A stretch of 64,000 nt of DNA from an uncultured beta proteobacterium (lineage in GTDB: Bacteria; Pseudomonadota; Gammaproteobacteria; Burkholderiales; Burkholderiaceae_C). Positions 53,767 through 64,000 of this stretch are shown here, piece after piece. The notes under the pieces are model-generated. The model made no database searches and had not been told where the DNA came from. It saw only the letters and a list, made by a program, of their open reading frames with translations. How positions within the stretch are numbered: the first letter of the stretch is position 1; the number at the start of each line of letters is the position of its first letter. The stretch is taken from contig CAWBHE010000014.1 of assembly GCA_963788635.1 (NCBI GenBank), positions 15,405 to 79,404 on the forward strand. The letters run 5' to 3'. The position numbers were made by a program, and so were the translations under genes.

Positions 53767-53800
53767 AAAGAAAGCCCGCTTCCCATGCGAGAAGCGGGCC
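53767..53800 (-). terminator. rho-independent terminator downstream of tRNA-Arg
   Basis: minus strand GCCCGCTTCTCGCATGGGAAGCGGGC followed by TTTCTTT. Confidence 0.75.
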
Positions 53801-53835
53801 CCACGATCTTCGGCGCTCTTTCGTGAGCGCGCGTT

Positions 53836-53910
53836 TGGCGCCCCCGGCGGGAATCGAACCCACATCTGAGACTTAGGAGGTCCCCGTTCTATCCATTGAA
53901 CTACGGCGGC
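53836..53910 (-). tRNA. tRNA-Arg (CCT)
   Basis: 75-nt cloverleaf, anticodon loop CTCCTAA, GGTTCGATTCC T-arm, encoded CCA. Confidence 0.93.
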
Positions 53911-56900
53911 TGGGGCGCTGATTTTGGCACGGGGGTCGGGCGCGGTGCCGCGCTCTTCCAGGTCCAGATCACGTCGACCGCGTTCTCCGCGCCCGACTGC
54001 GCGCGCAGCGTGAAGCGTTGCGCCAGCCGGTAGACGAGTTGCCAGGTGCCGGCGGTGGCATTGACGCCGCGCTCGTAGCCGACGTACCAGCGGCGCGAGA
54101 GCTGCTTGCCCAGGCTGACCACGGTCTGCTGCACGCCGGTGTCGTTGTTCTGGCTCACCGACAAGTCGTCCAGCCCGAGGCTGTGGATCAGCGCGTCGGT
54201 GGGCGTGCCGCCTTCGCCGGCCAGCAGCGCGACGGCGGCGCGCTGCAGCAGCGCGGTGTCGCTGCGGCCCAGGCCGTCGGGCGCGCGGCCCAGCAGCAGC
54301 CAGGACAGCTTGTCCGCGTCGCTGAGGTCGGCGTCGGAGTACAGGCGCACGCGCGGCGTGAGCAGGTTGCCGGTGATCGCGACGCCGACGTCGATGTCGG
54401 TGTTCGGCCGCAGCGCCAGGATGTCCAGGCGCGGGTTGTCGACCGCGCCGCTGAACGCGACGACGCCGCGCGCGATGTCCAGCTTCTGACCGTAGGCCTG
54501 GTAGGTGCCGCCGTCGGTGCTGACCTGGCCTTGCACCGCGAGCCGGCCGCCCGGGGTGGTGATGCGCAGCCGGCCGCGCAGCGCGGTGTCCAGGCCGCGG
54601 CCGCGCACGCGCAGCTTGTCGCCCAGGTCGACCTCGACGGCCACCGCCACGTTGCGCCGCGGGGGCGGTGCTGCGGCGGCCGCGGCGTCGGCCTTCAGAG
54701 CGGCCTGTTCCGGACCTTGCACGACGACGTCGTCGTCGAGCGAGGGGGCGTCGCCGTGGCTGATGTCGAACAGCCCCTCGTCGACCTTGAAGCCGCCGTC
54801 GAGCTTGATCTCGTCGGCCCGCAGCCCGAGCTGGGCGCTGCCGCTGACGATGAGCTGGCGGTCGATGCGGCCGAGCACGCGGAAGCGCTCGGCGTCGACC
54901 TTCAGCGTCGCGTTCGGCGTGCTGCCGAACGTGGCGCCGCCGCTCAGCGTCAGCGTGCCGTCGCCGCCGCGCAGCGTGAAGCGTTCGATGCGCGCCGCCG
55001 CGCCTTCGAGCTTGATCGCCAAGCTGCCCTGGTCCAGGCTCACCCCTTGCAGCACGTTGCGCACGGTGATCCCGCTGCCCTGCAGCTCGCCGGTGTATTC
55101 GGGCGCGCCGAAGCGGCCGCCGAGGCCGGCGCGGGTGCGCAGTTCGCCGCCGATCTGCCAGCCCGGCGGCACCCAGTTGCGCCAGATGCTCAGGTTGGCC
55201 ACATGCGCCTGCAGCACGCCGTCGATCGGTGCGTCCGCCCCGGGCCAGCGGTTCTGCGGCGTGGTGTGGGCGCGCAAGGTGCCGTCGATCTCGCCGACCG
55301 AGCGGCCGGCCAGTGCCTGCGTGAACACCCATTCGCCGTCGTGTGCGGTGATCGCCAGGCGCAGCTGGGTCAGGCCGAGCCGCTGGGTCGCATGGGCGGT
55401 GTCGATCTGCAGATCGCCGTCCTGCCGCTCGAGCACCAGCTCGGCGTCGAACTTCTCGGCCGCCCGGATGTCGACGTGCCCGGCGAGCGTCAGGTCGCCG
55501 CTCCACCCCATCGTCGGCTGCGTGCGCGCGAGCAGCGGTGCGACGGCGAAAGGCGCGAGGTCGGCGCGCAGCACGATGTTCGGCCGCGGGCCGCGCAGGT
55601 CGACATGCACCGCGTCCCAGCGCAACGCGACCTCGCCCGCGGCGCGCAGCTGGCCGGGGTCGGCCTGGATGTCGAGCAGCTCGCCGCCGGCGCCGAACTG
55701 CAGCGTGGTGTTCAGCCCGTCGGCCTGCAGCCAGTCGGCCGCGGGTGCGCCCGCGAGCGTGTGACCGTCCCAGGTGCCGACGGCCAGGTGCGCGATGTGG
55801 CCGCGCCATCGGCCGCCGCCGGCGGGGTCGCCGGACCAGCTTCCGTCCGCCTCGAGCTGCGCGCGCGTGCCCGAGCCGGGCTTCATCGCGAACAGCGCTT
55901 CGGCCGCGGGCGGCGGCGTGATCGGCAGCGCGGCCGACAGCAGCAGCCGGTGCCGGGACAGCGTGCCGCTCAGTTCGGCGCTCAGCTGCTGGGCGCGCTG
56001 GCGCCCGAGGTGCACGCTGCCGAGCTGGGCCGTGAGCTGCAGCGGGCGCTCGCCGTCGCCGCCGGTGTCGAGGTTCCAGCGCACGCTGCCGGTCTGGACG
56101 CCCAGATCGCCGGCTTCGAGCCGGGCCAGCGTCGCCTGTCCCTCGGTGCGCAGCGCCGGCCAGCGGCCGATCGCGTCGAGCCTTGCGCTGGCCTGGCCGC
56201 TGCGCGGCGCCCAGGCGGCGGTGGCCGGCGACAACAGCGCCAGCGGGCCGAGGCGGCCGAGTTCGGGCGCGTCGAGCACGAGCTGCCAGCGGTCGGCCGC
56301 ACCGCTGCCGTTGGCGTCGCCGCGACCGTCGACCGACAGCGTGTTGCCGGCGATCTGCAGCGTACCGTGCGCGCTGGTCGCGCCCTGCGTCTGGCCGAGC
56401 GTGACATCCAGCGCCAGCGGCAGGCCCGCGATGAGCGAGTCGTGCACGTGCAGCCGGCCCTCGCCGGCCAGGCCTTGCAGCAAGGCCAGCGGCGCGAGTC
56501 GGCGCGCTTCGACCGGCAGCCGCACCGCGAGTCGCCAGTCGGCCGAGATCCGGTGCGGACCGCGCCGCCACGCCGAGCCCGCTTCGCCCGGCCACCAGGG
56601 CAGGGGGTCGAAGTCGCTCAGGCTGCCGTCGGATTGCATCGACCAGCGGTCGCCTGCGCCGCGCTCGGCGCTGGCCGTCCCTTGCGCGACCGCGCGGCCG
56701 GCACTCGCGCGCAGCCGGCGCAGATCGATGTGCGTGGCGTCGGCAAGGACGTCGATCGCCAGTTGCACCGGCTGCGGCGCGGCGTCGAGCCGGCCGTCGA
56801 GGGTGGACTTCAGCTCGACGGCCAGCGGCGCCGCAGCGGCGCTGCCGTCGGGCGAGGGCAGGCCCTGCAGCGTCAGCGCGAGCGGGCCGGACAGCGACAT

Positions 56901-58101
56901 CGCCGCAGCGCGGCCGTCGATCCGCTGCGGCCGCACGTCGGCCAGCGTGCTGGCCAGCTGCAGCGTGTTCTTCAGCCAATGCCCGCTGCCCTGCCAGGTG
57001 CCGGCGGCGGCGTTCGCGCCGGCCCCGCCGAGCGCGAGCTCGAAGTGGCGCAGCTCGACGCGGTCGCGCGCCTCGGCTCGCGCTGCCAGCTCGAGCGCGA
57101 CGTGGCGCAGCGGCAGCCGGCCTTCGTCCCAGCGGCCGGGGTCGGCGTTGTCCAGCGTCACCGACGCGGTGATCGGCGCCTGCAGTGCGCTGCTGTGCAC
57201 TTGCACCTGACCGCTGAGCCGGGTCTGCGGCAAGCTGCTGGCCAGCGCGGCGAGGTCCAGCGCCTGCGTGCTGGCGCTCAGCGCGGCCAGCGGCCAGGCC
57301 GCGAAGGGCTGCAGCTCGGCGTGCACGTCGGCGGCCGGGGTGGCATGGCCGGCGCGCGCGATGCCGCGCAGGCGCGCGTCCAGCGTCGTCCGCTCCAGCG
57401 TGCCGCCGGCGGTGAGCGTGGCGTCGAAGGCCTCGCCGCTGAGCGGCGCGACATGCCACTGCGCCGCCAGCGCGAACGGGCGGGCGGCGGCGATGCGGGC
57501 GTCGCCGTCGACGCGGACCTTGTCCCAGGTCAGGTGCAGCGCGGCGATGCGGTGGCCGTTCGCGCCACCGAGCGCCACGCGCGCGCCGAGGTCGGTGACC
57601 GGCGCGAACTGGTCGACGCGCAGGCGGCCGATCTGCAGCGCGGCGACGTCGATGCGCGCCGGCAGGTTCAGCGACGCCGGCAGGCTGGTCGGTGGCGCGT
57701 TGGCGACCGCGGGGCCGGTCTGCAGCTCGACGTCCTGCACCGCCAGGCGATCGGCCTGCAGGCTGAACCAGGCGCCGGGCTGCGGGCGCCAGCGCCAGAC
57801 CAGGCCGTCGGCCTGCAGCCCGGTCAGGGTCAGCGACTTGCTGCCGCCGGCCCATTCGACCTTCAGCCCTTGCAGCGCGAAGCGCGGGCCGAGCAGCGCG
57901 CCGCTGCACGCCGCGGACCTGCACGCCCGGCAGCCGGTCGAGCAGCCAGCGCGTGCCGTCTTCGCTGCGCAGCAGCCAGAGCGCGCCGCCGGCGAGTCCG
58001 GCCGCGACGAGCACCATCAGTGCGAGCACCAGCGCGGTCGGCAGCAGCAGGCGCAGCGCGCTGCGCAGCGGGCGGGCAGGGGGGTGCGGCGCGCTGTTCA
58101 T
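53901..58101 (-). CDS. tamB: translocation and assembly module TamB (frameshift near 57900)
   Basis: N-terminal TM, long beta-rich body, C-terminal YQAYGQKL...DNPRLDILA...GKQLSRRWYVGYE; follows tamA. Confidence 0.88.
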
Positions 58102-58110
58102 GCGTGACGA

Positions 58111-59931
58111 TCAGTACGCGATGCCGACGCTGAGCGTCAGCCGCCCGGCGTGCAACGCCGGTGCCCAGGCCCAGTCGAGGTTGAGCGGGCCGACCGGGCT
58201 GCGCCAGCGCAGGCCGATGCCGGTGCCGATCTTCGGCTTGAGGGTGCGAAAGCTGTTCGCCGCGTTGCCGGCGTCGATGAACACCGCACCCCACAGGCTG
58301 GGCATCGAGGCGGCGAGCGGATGCGCGAATTCGAGGCTGGTGGTGAACAGCGAGTTGCCGCCGGTGACGGTGCCGTCGGCGAGCAGCGGCCCCAGGCTGC
58401 GGTAGCTGTAGCCGCGCACCGAGTCGTCGCCACCGGCGCGGAACAGTTCGAGCTGCGGCACCGCGACCGCCTCCTTCTTGACGACCTGGCCGAGCTCGAC
58501 GCGCGCCTGGCCGTACCACTGGCGGCCGAGCGGTCGGTAGGCGGTCAGCCGGCCGTACAGCCGGCTGAACAGCCCGGCCGGCGACGCCGTGCCATGCGCG
58601 TGGCCGAAGCCGCCCTGGGCCGAGAGCGTCCAGCCGTCGGTGGGCAGCACCGCGCTGTCCAGGTTGCGCCAGATGCCGTGGTAGTTCGCGACCACCGCCG
58701 CCGCGCTCAGGAACGAGGTGTCGGTGCTGCGCGCCGAGCGCTCGACCTGCGCGTAGTACAGCCGTTCGATGCGCTCGCCGCTTTGCGCGCGGCCCAGGCG
58801 CAGGCTTTGCGAGAGCACGAGGTCGGTGTTCGAGCGCAGCCAGTCGACGGTGCCGCCGAGCAGCGAGCGGTACAGGCCGACGCCGGTGTGGCTGCTGATC
58901 TCGCCGTCCCAGGCGCGGTGCAGGCTGCCCCATTCGACCTTGTTGCGCGCGGTCGCGGGGTGGCCGAAGATGCGCCGGATCTGGTGCTCGGCCGACATGC
59001 GCGGCCCGGTGTTCGCGCTGATGCCCAGGCCGATCGTCCAGACCTGCAGCGGCGCTTCGCGCAGGCGCACGCGCACGGTGGCCGCCGCGGCCTGCGCCGG
59101 GTCGGTGTCGAGCGTGACGGTGGCGCTGTCGAACAGGCCGGACTTCTGCAGCCGGTCCTGGTAGTCGAGCAGCCGCTTGTCGGTGACCGGCGCGCCGGGC
59201 GGGAGGTCGGCCAGGTTGCGCACCGTGTCGATGTCGTGCGCGACCAGGCCCTGGATGTCGAGCCGGCCGAAGCGGAACAGCGGCCCGCTCTCGGCGACGA
59301 CGAACAGTCGCGCCTCGTGCGTCGCCGGGTCGATCTCGGCGGCGGTGCCGTTCCAGCTGGCGGTGGCGTAGCCGTCGGCGCGCAACCGGGCCAGCGCGGC
59401 CGCCTTCGCGCCGGTCCACTCGGCATTGCGGAACGGCTCGCCGACCGGCAGCTGCCAGCTGCGCCGCAGGTCGGCCAGGACCGCCTTCGCGTCGTCGTCG
59501 CCGGCCTCGGCAGCGCGCTCGAGATCGCCGTCGGCGGCGATCGTCACGCGCGAGACGCGCACCCGCGGGCCGGGGTCGAGCTGGAGCTCGACGCGGCGCG
59601 CGCTGAGTTCGCGCGTGAGCGTGACGTGGGGCTCGAAGTAGCCTTCGGTCTGCAGCAGCGCGCGCGCCTGCGCCGGTGCGGCGTCGATCAGGCGCGACCA
59701 CTCGTCCTCGTCGATGGTCTCGTTGCCGCTCAGGCTGCCGACCCGGGCCAGGTCGAGGTTGCGCTCGAGCAGGGTCTTCAGCTCCGCCGGGGCCTGCACG
59801 ACGAGGCTGGTGGACGTGGCCGACGCGGCCGGCGCGGCGTCCGCCGGCGGCGCCGGCTTCCATGCCGCGCAGCCGCCGAGCCACAGGATCGCCAGCAGGG
59901 CCGGCAGCGTCGCGGCGCGGCTGCCCTTCAT
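58111..59931 (-). CDS. tamA: TamA, Omp85 family outer membrane protein
   Basis: lipobox-like LGGC, POTRA-like region, FRAGGDDSVRGY, RWRSPVGP. Confidence 0.88.
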   Translation of the reverse strand: MKGSRAATLPALLAILWLGGCAAWKPAPPADAAPAASATSTSLVVQAPAELKTLLERNLDLARVGSLSGNETIDEDEWSRLIDAAPAQARALLQTEGYFEPHVTLTRELSARRVELQLDPGPRVRVSRVTIAADGDLERAAEAGDDDAKAVLADLRRSWQLPVGEPFRNAEWTGAKAAALARLRADGYATASWNGTAAEIDPATHEARLFVVAESGPLFRFGRLDIQGLVAHDIDTVRNLADLPPGAPVTDKRLLDYQDRLQKSGLFDSATVTLDTDPAQAAAATVRVRLREAPLQVWTIGLGISANTGPRMSAEHQIRRIFGHPATARNKVEWGSLHRAWDGEISSHTGVGLYRSLLGGTVDWLRSNTDLVLSQSLRLGRAQSGERIERLYYAQVERSARSTDTSFLSAAAVVANYHGIWRNLDSAVLPTDGWTLSAQGGFGHAHGTASPAGLFSRLYGRLTAYRPLGRQWYGQARVELGQVVKKEAVAVPQLELFRAGGDDSVRGYSYRSLGPLLADGTVTGGNSLFTTSLEFAHPLAASMPSLWGAVFIDAGNAANSFRTLKPKIGTGIGLRWRSPVGPLNLDWAWAPALHAGRLTLSVGIAY

Positions 59932-61100
59932 TTGCCGAGCAACCGCATCGCCCCTTCCAGGCCGGTCAGCGTGAGCGGGAACATGCGCTGGTTCATCAGC
60001 TGCTGGACGATCGCGATGCTCTGCCGGTACTGCCACACACCCTGCGGTTCGGGGTTGATCCACGCGAACTTCGGGAACGCGTTCGTGAGCCGCTGCAGCC
60101 ATTCGGCGCCCGGCTCCTCGTTGTTGTATTCGACGCTGCCGCCGGGCTGCAGGATCTCGTACGGACTCATCGTCGCGTCGCCGACGAAGATCAGCTTGTA
60201 GTCCTTGTTGTACTTTCGGATCAGGTCCCAGGTCGCGAACTTCTCGCTGAAGCGGCGCCGGTTGTTCTTCCACATGAAGTCGTAGACGCAGTTGTGGAAG
60301 TAATAGAACTCGAGGTGCTTGAACTCGGTCTTCGCGGCGCTGAAGAGTTCCTCGACGCGGTGGATGTGCTCGTCCATCGTGCCGCCGACGTCCATCAGCA
60401 GCAGCACCTTGACCTTGTTGTGGCGCTCGGGCACGAGCTTGATGTCGAGCAGGCCGGCGTTGGCCGCGGTGCTGTGGATGGTGTCGTCGAGGTCGAGCTC
60501 CTCGGCCGCGCCTTCGCGCGCGAAGCGGCGCAGCCGGCGCAGCGCGACCTTGATGTTGCGCGTGCCGAGCTCGCGCGTGTCGTCGTAGTCCTTGTAGGCG
60601 CGCTGGTCCCAGACCTTGACCGCGCTCTTGTTGCGGCCCTTGTCCTGGCCGATGCGGATGCCCTGCGGGTTGTATCCGTAGGCACCGAACGGGCTCGTGC
60701 CGCCGGTGCCGATCATCTTGCTGCCGCCCTCGTGGCGTTCCTTCTGTTCCTCGAAGCGCTTCTTCAGCGTTTCCATCAGCTCGTCCCAGCCCATCTTCTC
60801 GATCGCCGCCTTGTCCTCGGGGCCGAGTTCGAGCTCGAGGGTCTTCTTCAGCCACTCGAGCGGCAGGTCCTTCGTGAAGTCGGTGAGCAGCTCGACGCCC
60901 TTGAAGTAGGCGCCGAAGGCGCGGTCGAACTTGTCGAAATGGGCCTCGTCCTTGACCAGCGCGGTGCGCGCCAGCACGTAGAATTCATCCACCGAGGGGC
61001 CGATCACGCCGGCCTGCAAGGCCTCGAGCAGGGTCAGGAACTCCTTCACGGATACCGGCAGCTTGGCGGCGCGCAGGGTGTAGAAGAAGTTGATCAGCAT
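59928..61100 (-). CDS. VWA domain protein (CoxE-like)
   Basis: IGTGGTSPFG, DVGGTM MIDAS-like motif, YYFHNC, VGDATM. Confidence 0.88.
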   Translation of the reverse strand: MLINFFYTLRAAKLPVSVKEFLTLLEALQAGVIGPSVDEFYVLARTALVKDEAHFDKFDRAFGAYFKGVELLTDFTKDLPLEWLKKTLELELGPEDKAAIEKMGWDELMETLKKRFEEQKERHEGGSKMIGTGGTSPFGAYGYNPQGIRIGQDKGRNKSAVKVWDQRAYKDYDDTRELGTRNIKVALRRLRRFAREGAAEELDLDDTIHSTAANAGLLDIKLVPERHNKVKVLLLMDVGGTMDEHIHRVEELFSAAKTEFKHLEFYYFHNCVYDFMWKNNRRRFSEKFATWDLIRKYNKDYKLIFVGDATMSPYEILQPGGSVEYNNEEPGAEWLQRLTNAFPKFAWINPEPQGVWQYRQSIAIVQQLMNQRMFPLTLTGLEGAMRLLGK

Positions 61101-61152
61101 GGCTTCTGTCCGATGACGCTATTGTGAGCCACCCCGAGGGTCGGCTTCGTCC

Positions 61153-62355
61153 ATGCCGACCATGTCCAAAGCCGCGCTGCTGCTGTTCGTCATCCTGCTC
61201 CAGCAGGGCTTGTTCGGCCTGCTGTGGCTGATCGCCGCCCGGCTGCGGCTGGCGCGGGCGCCGGCCTGGCACTGGGCACTGGCGGCCTGGCTCGTGGCGG
61301 CCGGCGTGGCGCTCGTGCTGCTGCGCGGCCAGGTCCCGGCCTGGCTGACGGTGACCGGGGCGAACCTGCTGTTGACCGCGTCCTTCGTCGCGCTGCGGCG
61401 CGGCATCCAGCGCTTCGTCCGCAGCCCGCCCACCGACCGCGAGCACGCGCTGGTGCTGGCGCTGGCCAGTGCCGGCCTGGTCGGCGTCGCGCTGTCGGAC
61501 GCGAACCTGCTGCCGGCGGTGCTGGCGACGGCCGCGGCGATGGGATGGACGCTGCTGCGCGCGGCCGGCGAGGTGCGGCGCCGGCTCGCGGGCGAGTTCG
61601 GCCGCGCGGCAGCCCACTGGTGCGCGACGCCGCTGGCGGTGGTGGCGGCGCTGGTCAGCGTGCGCGGCGCGATGGCGCCGTTCCACCCGGCGCTTTTCGC
61701 CAGCTACGTCGAACATCCGGGCGCGGGCAACGTGCCGGTGGCGTTCGTCACGCTTGCATTCGCGCTGGTGCTGCACGTGAACCTGACGGCGCTGGTGCTG
61801 CTGCGCCTGGTGCGCCGGCTGCAGTACCGCTCGGACCACGACATGCTCACCGGCTTGCTCGGCCGCCGTCCGATGGAGCAGCGCTTGCGCGCCGAGTCGC
61901 AGCGCCAGCGCCGCTTCGGCGGCTGCTTCGCGATGCTGTCGATCGACATCGACCACTTCAAGCAGGTCAACGACCGCTTCGGGCACGCCGCCGGCGACGC
62001 CGTGCTCGTGCGCGTGGCGCAGGTGCTGCGCATGGCCGCGCGCGAGGTCGACAGCGTGGCACGCATGGGCGGCGAGGAATTCTGCGTGCTGCTGCCCGGG
62101 GCGAACCGGGCCGGCGCCGAGGCGGTGGCCGCGCGCATGCTGGACGCGGTACGCGTGCTGCACCACCCCGAGGCCCCCGGCCTGCCGGCGGTGACGGTCA
62201 GCATCGGTCTGGCCGTGGTGGAGGCGCCGGCCGAGTCGCTGCAGGCCATGCAGCGCCGGCTCGACAAGGCCTTGTACGGCGCCAAGGCCGGCGGCCGCGA
62301 CCGCATCCAGCATGCCGCGGCGCCGGCGCCGGCCGAGCCGACGATCTGCACCTGA
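61153..62355 (+). CDS. membrane-bound diguanylate cyclase
   Basis: multiple TM segments, DMLTGL, DIDHFK.VND.FGH..GD, GGEEF. Confidence 0.9.
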   Translation: MPTMSKAALLLFVILLQQGLFGLLWLIAARLRLARAPAWHWALAAWLVAAGVALVLLRGQVPAWLTVTGANLLLTASFVALRRGIQRFVRSPPTDREHALVLALASAGLVGVALSDANLLPAVLATAAAMGWTLLRAAGEVRRRLAGEFGRAAAHWCATPLAVVAALVSVRGAMAPFHPALFASYVEHPGAGNVPVAFVTLAFALVLHVNLTALVLLRLVRRLQYRSDHDMLTGLLGRRPMEQRLRAESQRQRRFGGCFAMLSIDIDHFKQVNDRFGHAAGDAVLVRVAQVLRMAAREVDSVARMGGEEFCVLLPGANRAGAEAVAARMLDAVRVLHHPEAPGLPAVTVSIGLAVVEAPAESLQAMQRRLDKALYGAKAGGRDRIQHAAAPAPAEPTICT

Positions 62356-62388
62356 GCGCCGAGCGCCCCGGGCGCGCTGTCGGTGCGC

Positions 62389-64000
62389 TCAGCGCGCGGG
62401 TGCTTTGACCGCGCCCTTGGCGCGCGCGCGGCCCGCGGGCTTGGCGTGCTGCTCGAGCCAGCCGAAGAATTCGCCGTACCACTGCTTCGAGTTGCGCGGC
62501 TTGAGCACCCAGTGGTTCTCGTCCGGGAACCAGAGCAGCCGCGCCGGCACGCCGCGCGCCTTGAGCGTGTTGTAGTAGGCCAGGCCCTGGGCGTCGGGCA
62601 CGCGGTAGTCGAGCGCGCCGTGGATCACCAGCGTCGGCGTCGCCATCGCGCCGGCCGAGACGTGCGGGCTCTGCGCGTGGATCTTGGCCAGGTCGTCCCA
62701 GTACCAGGCGCCCAGTTCCTTCGCGTGCCAGGTGTAGGCGTCGTCGGCGAACATCGCGGTCCAGTCGAAGCAGCCGGCATGGCAGACATAGGCCGCGTAG
62801 CGGCCGGCCGGCAGATGGCCGTTCATCCACGCGACCATGAAGCCGCCGTAGCTGCCGCCGGTGGCGTAGACGCGCGTCTTGTCGACCCAGCGCTTGCCGA
62901 GCAGCCAGTCGGTGCCGGCCTCGACGTCCTGCAGTTCGAGCTCGCCCCAGCGGTGCGTGATGCTGTCCAGGAACGCATAGCCGAAGCCCGACGAGCCGTG
63001 GTAGTTGACGCAGGCGACGACGTAGCCTTGCGCGGCGAAGGTCTGCACGTTCCAGCGGAAATGCCAGGCGTCGCCGAATGCGGTGTGCGGGCCGCCGTGG
63101 ATCAGCTGCATCACCGGGTACTTCTTCTTCGGGTCGAAGTCCGGCGGGTAGGTGACCCACATCTGCACCTCGTCGCCGTCGGCGCCGCCGGCCGCGCTCG
63201 CGCCCTTGAGCCAGACCTCCTCGGTGCGCCCCGTCGCCAGGCCCTTGAGCAGCGCGTCGTTGAAGTGCTCGATCCGGCGCGGCGCCTCGCCGGGCAGGTG
63301 GGCGCGCAGCAAGGCCGGATGGTCGACGGCGTCGGCCAACGTCACCAAGGTGCCGGCCGCCTTGTCGTAGCCCTGCACGGTGCCGCCGTGGACCACGACT
63401 TCGGCGCGCCGGTCCGGCAGGTCGAAGCGCCACAGGTGCTGGCGGCCCTGCTGTTCGGCGCGCAGCAGCACGGCCTGGCCGTCGTCTTCCCAGTGCAGCG
63501 GCGCGTGCACCTCGTGGTCCCATTCGCCGCTGACCACTTCCCAGGCGCTGCCGTCGCGCGTCCAGACGGCGAGCTGGCCGGGCATCGTGTGCTTGACGCC
63601 CTGGTGGCTGGCGATGAAGGCGATGCGGTCGCCGTCCGGGCTGTAGCGCGGGGCGCCGAAGTCCCAGTCGGCGTCCTGGGCGATCACCGCGATGCGGCCG
63701 CTCTTCAGGTCCAGCTCGGCGAGCGCGAAGCAGTTCCCGACCTTCTTCTCGGGCGCGGGGTCGAACGCGAACACGAGGCGCCGGCCGTCGGGCGAGACGT
63801 CGAAGCTGTCGGCACCGGGCTCGGTGCGCGTCAGCTCGTAAGGCGTGCCTTCGAACAGGTCGCGCACCTTGCCCGGCGCACCGTCGCGCGACAGTTCGAG
63901 CAGGTGCAGGTGGGCCACCCGGCCCATCGGCAGGTGGTGGTCCCAGTGGCGGTACTGGGCTTCGCTGGTCGCGTAGCCGCTCTCCTTGCGCTCCTTGAAT
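62389..64000 (-). CDS. S9 family peptidase (5' truncated)
   Basis: IHGGPH, GGSYGG nucleophile, DYRVP, ENHW. Confidence 0.9.
   Translation of the reverse strand, partial: FKERKESGYATSEAQYRHWDHHLPMGRVAHLHLLELSRDGAPGKVRDLFEGTPYELTRTEPGADSFDVSPDGRRLVFAFDPAPEKKVGNCFALAELDLKSGRIAVIAQDADWDFGAPRYSPDGDRIAFIASHQGVKHTMPGQLAVWTRDGSAWEVVSGEWDHEVHAPLHWEDDGQAVLLRAEQQGRQHLWRFDLPDRRAEVVVHGGTVQGYDKAAGTLVTLADAVDHPALLRAHLPGEAPRRIEHFNDALLKGLATGRTEEVWLKGASAAGGADGDEVQMWVTYPPDFDPKKKYPVMQLIHGGPHTAFGDAWHFRWNVQTFAAQGYVVACVNYHGSSGFGYAFLDSITHRWGELELQDVEAGTDWLLGKRWVDKTRVYATGGSYGGFMVAWMNGHLPAGRYAAYVCHAGCFDWTAMFADDAYTWHAKELGAWYWDDLAKIHAQSPHVSAGAMATPTLVIHGALDYRVPDAQGLAYYNTLKARGVPARLLWFPDENHWVLKPRNSKQWYGEFFGWLEQHAKPAGRARAKGAVKAPAR

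Overview
High-GC (~70%) betaproteobacterial chromosome segment; gene content and repeat style suggest Burkholderiales (Rubrivivax/Piscinibacter-like). Many single-base frameshifts in conserved genes point to a long-read or MAG assembly. Mostly nitrogen and amino-acid metabolism: a complete five-step hut cluster with a perfect HutC operator, argG, arginase, a gamma-glutamylation (GS-like + class III aminotransferase + GntR) unit, asparaginase II, and a sigma54/NtrC-type divergent cluster (ABC importer; hydantoin racemase, SnoaL-like, PuuE-like deacetylase, amidase). Also sulP-usp-antiporter, an IclR/SDR/FMO/BASS cluster, ctpA-thiF-LOG, an MCP, tamAB, VWA, GGDEF and an S9 peptidase. Most notable non-obvious signals: (1) three degenerate attC-like sites with a low-GC cassette and no integrase (CALIN-like) next to tRNA-Arg(CCT); (2) short palindromic or duplicated inserts that keep translation intact, one in-frame in hutH and two creating stop/start-coupled minigenes; (3) readable sigma54 and sigma28 promoters that assign uncharacterised genes to nitrogen and flagellar regulons. 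Family names are from recognition of motifs, not database searches.
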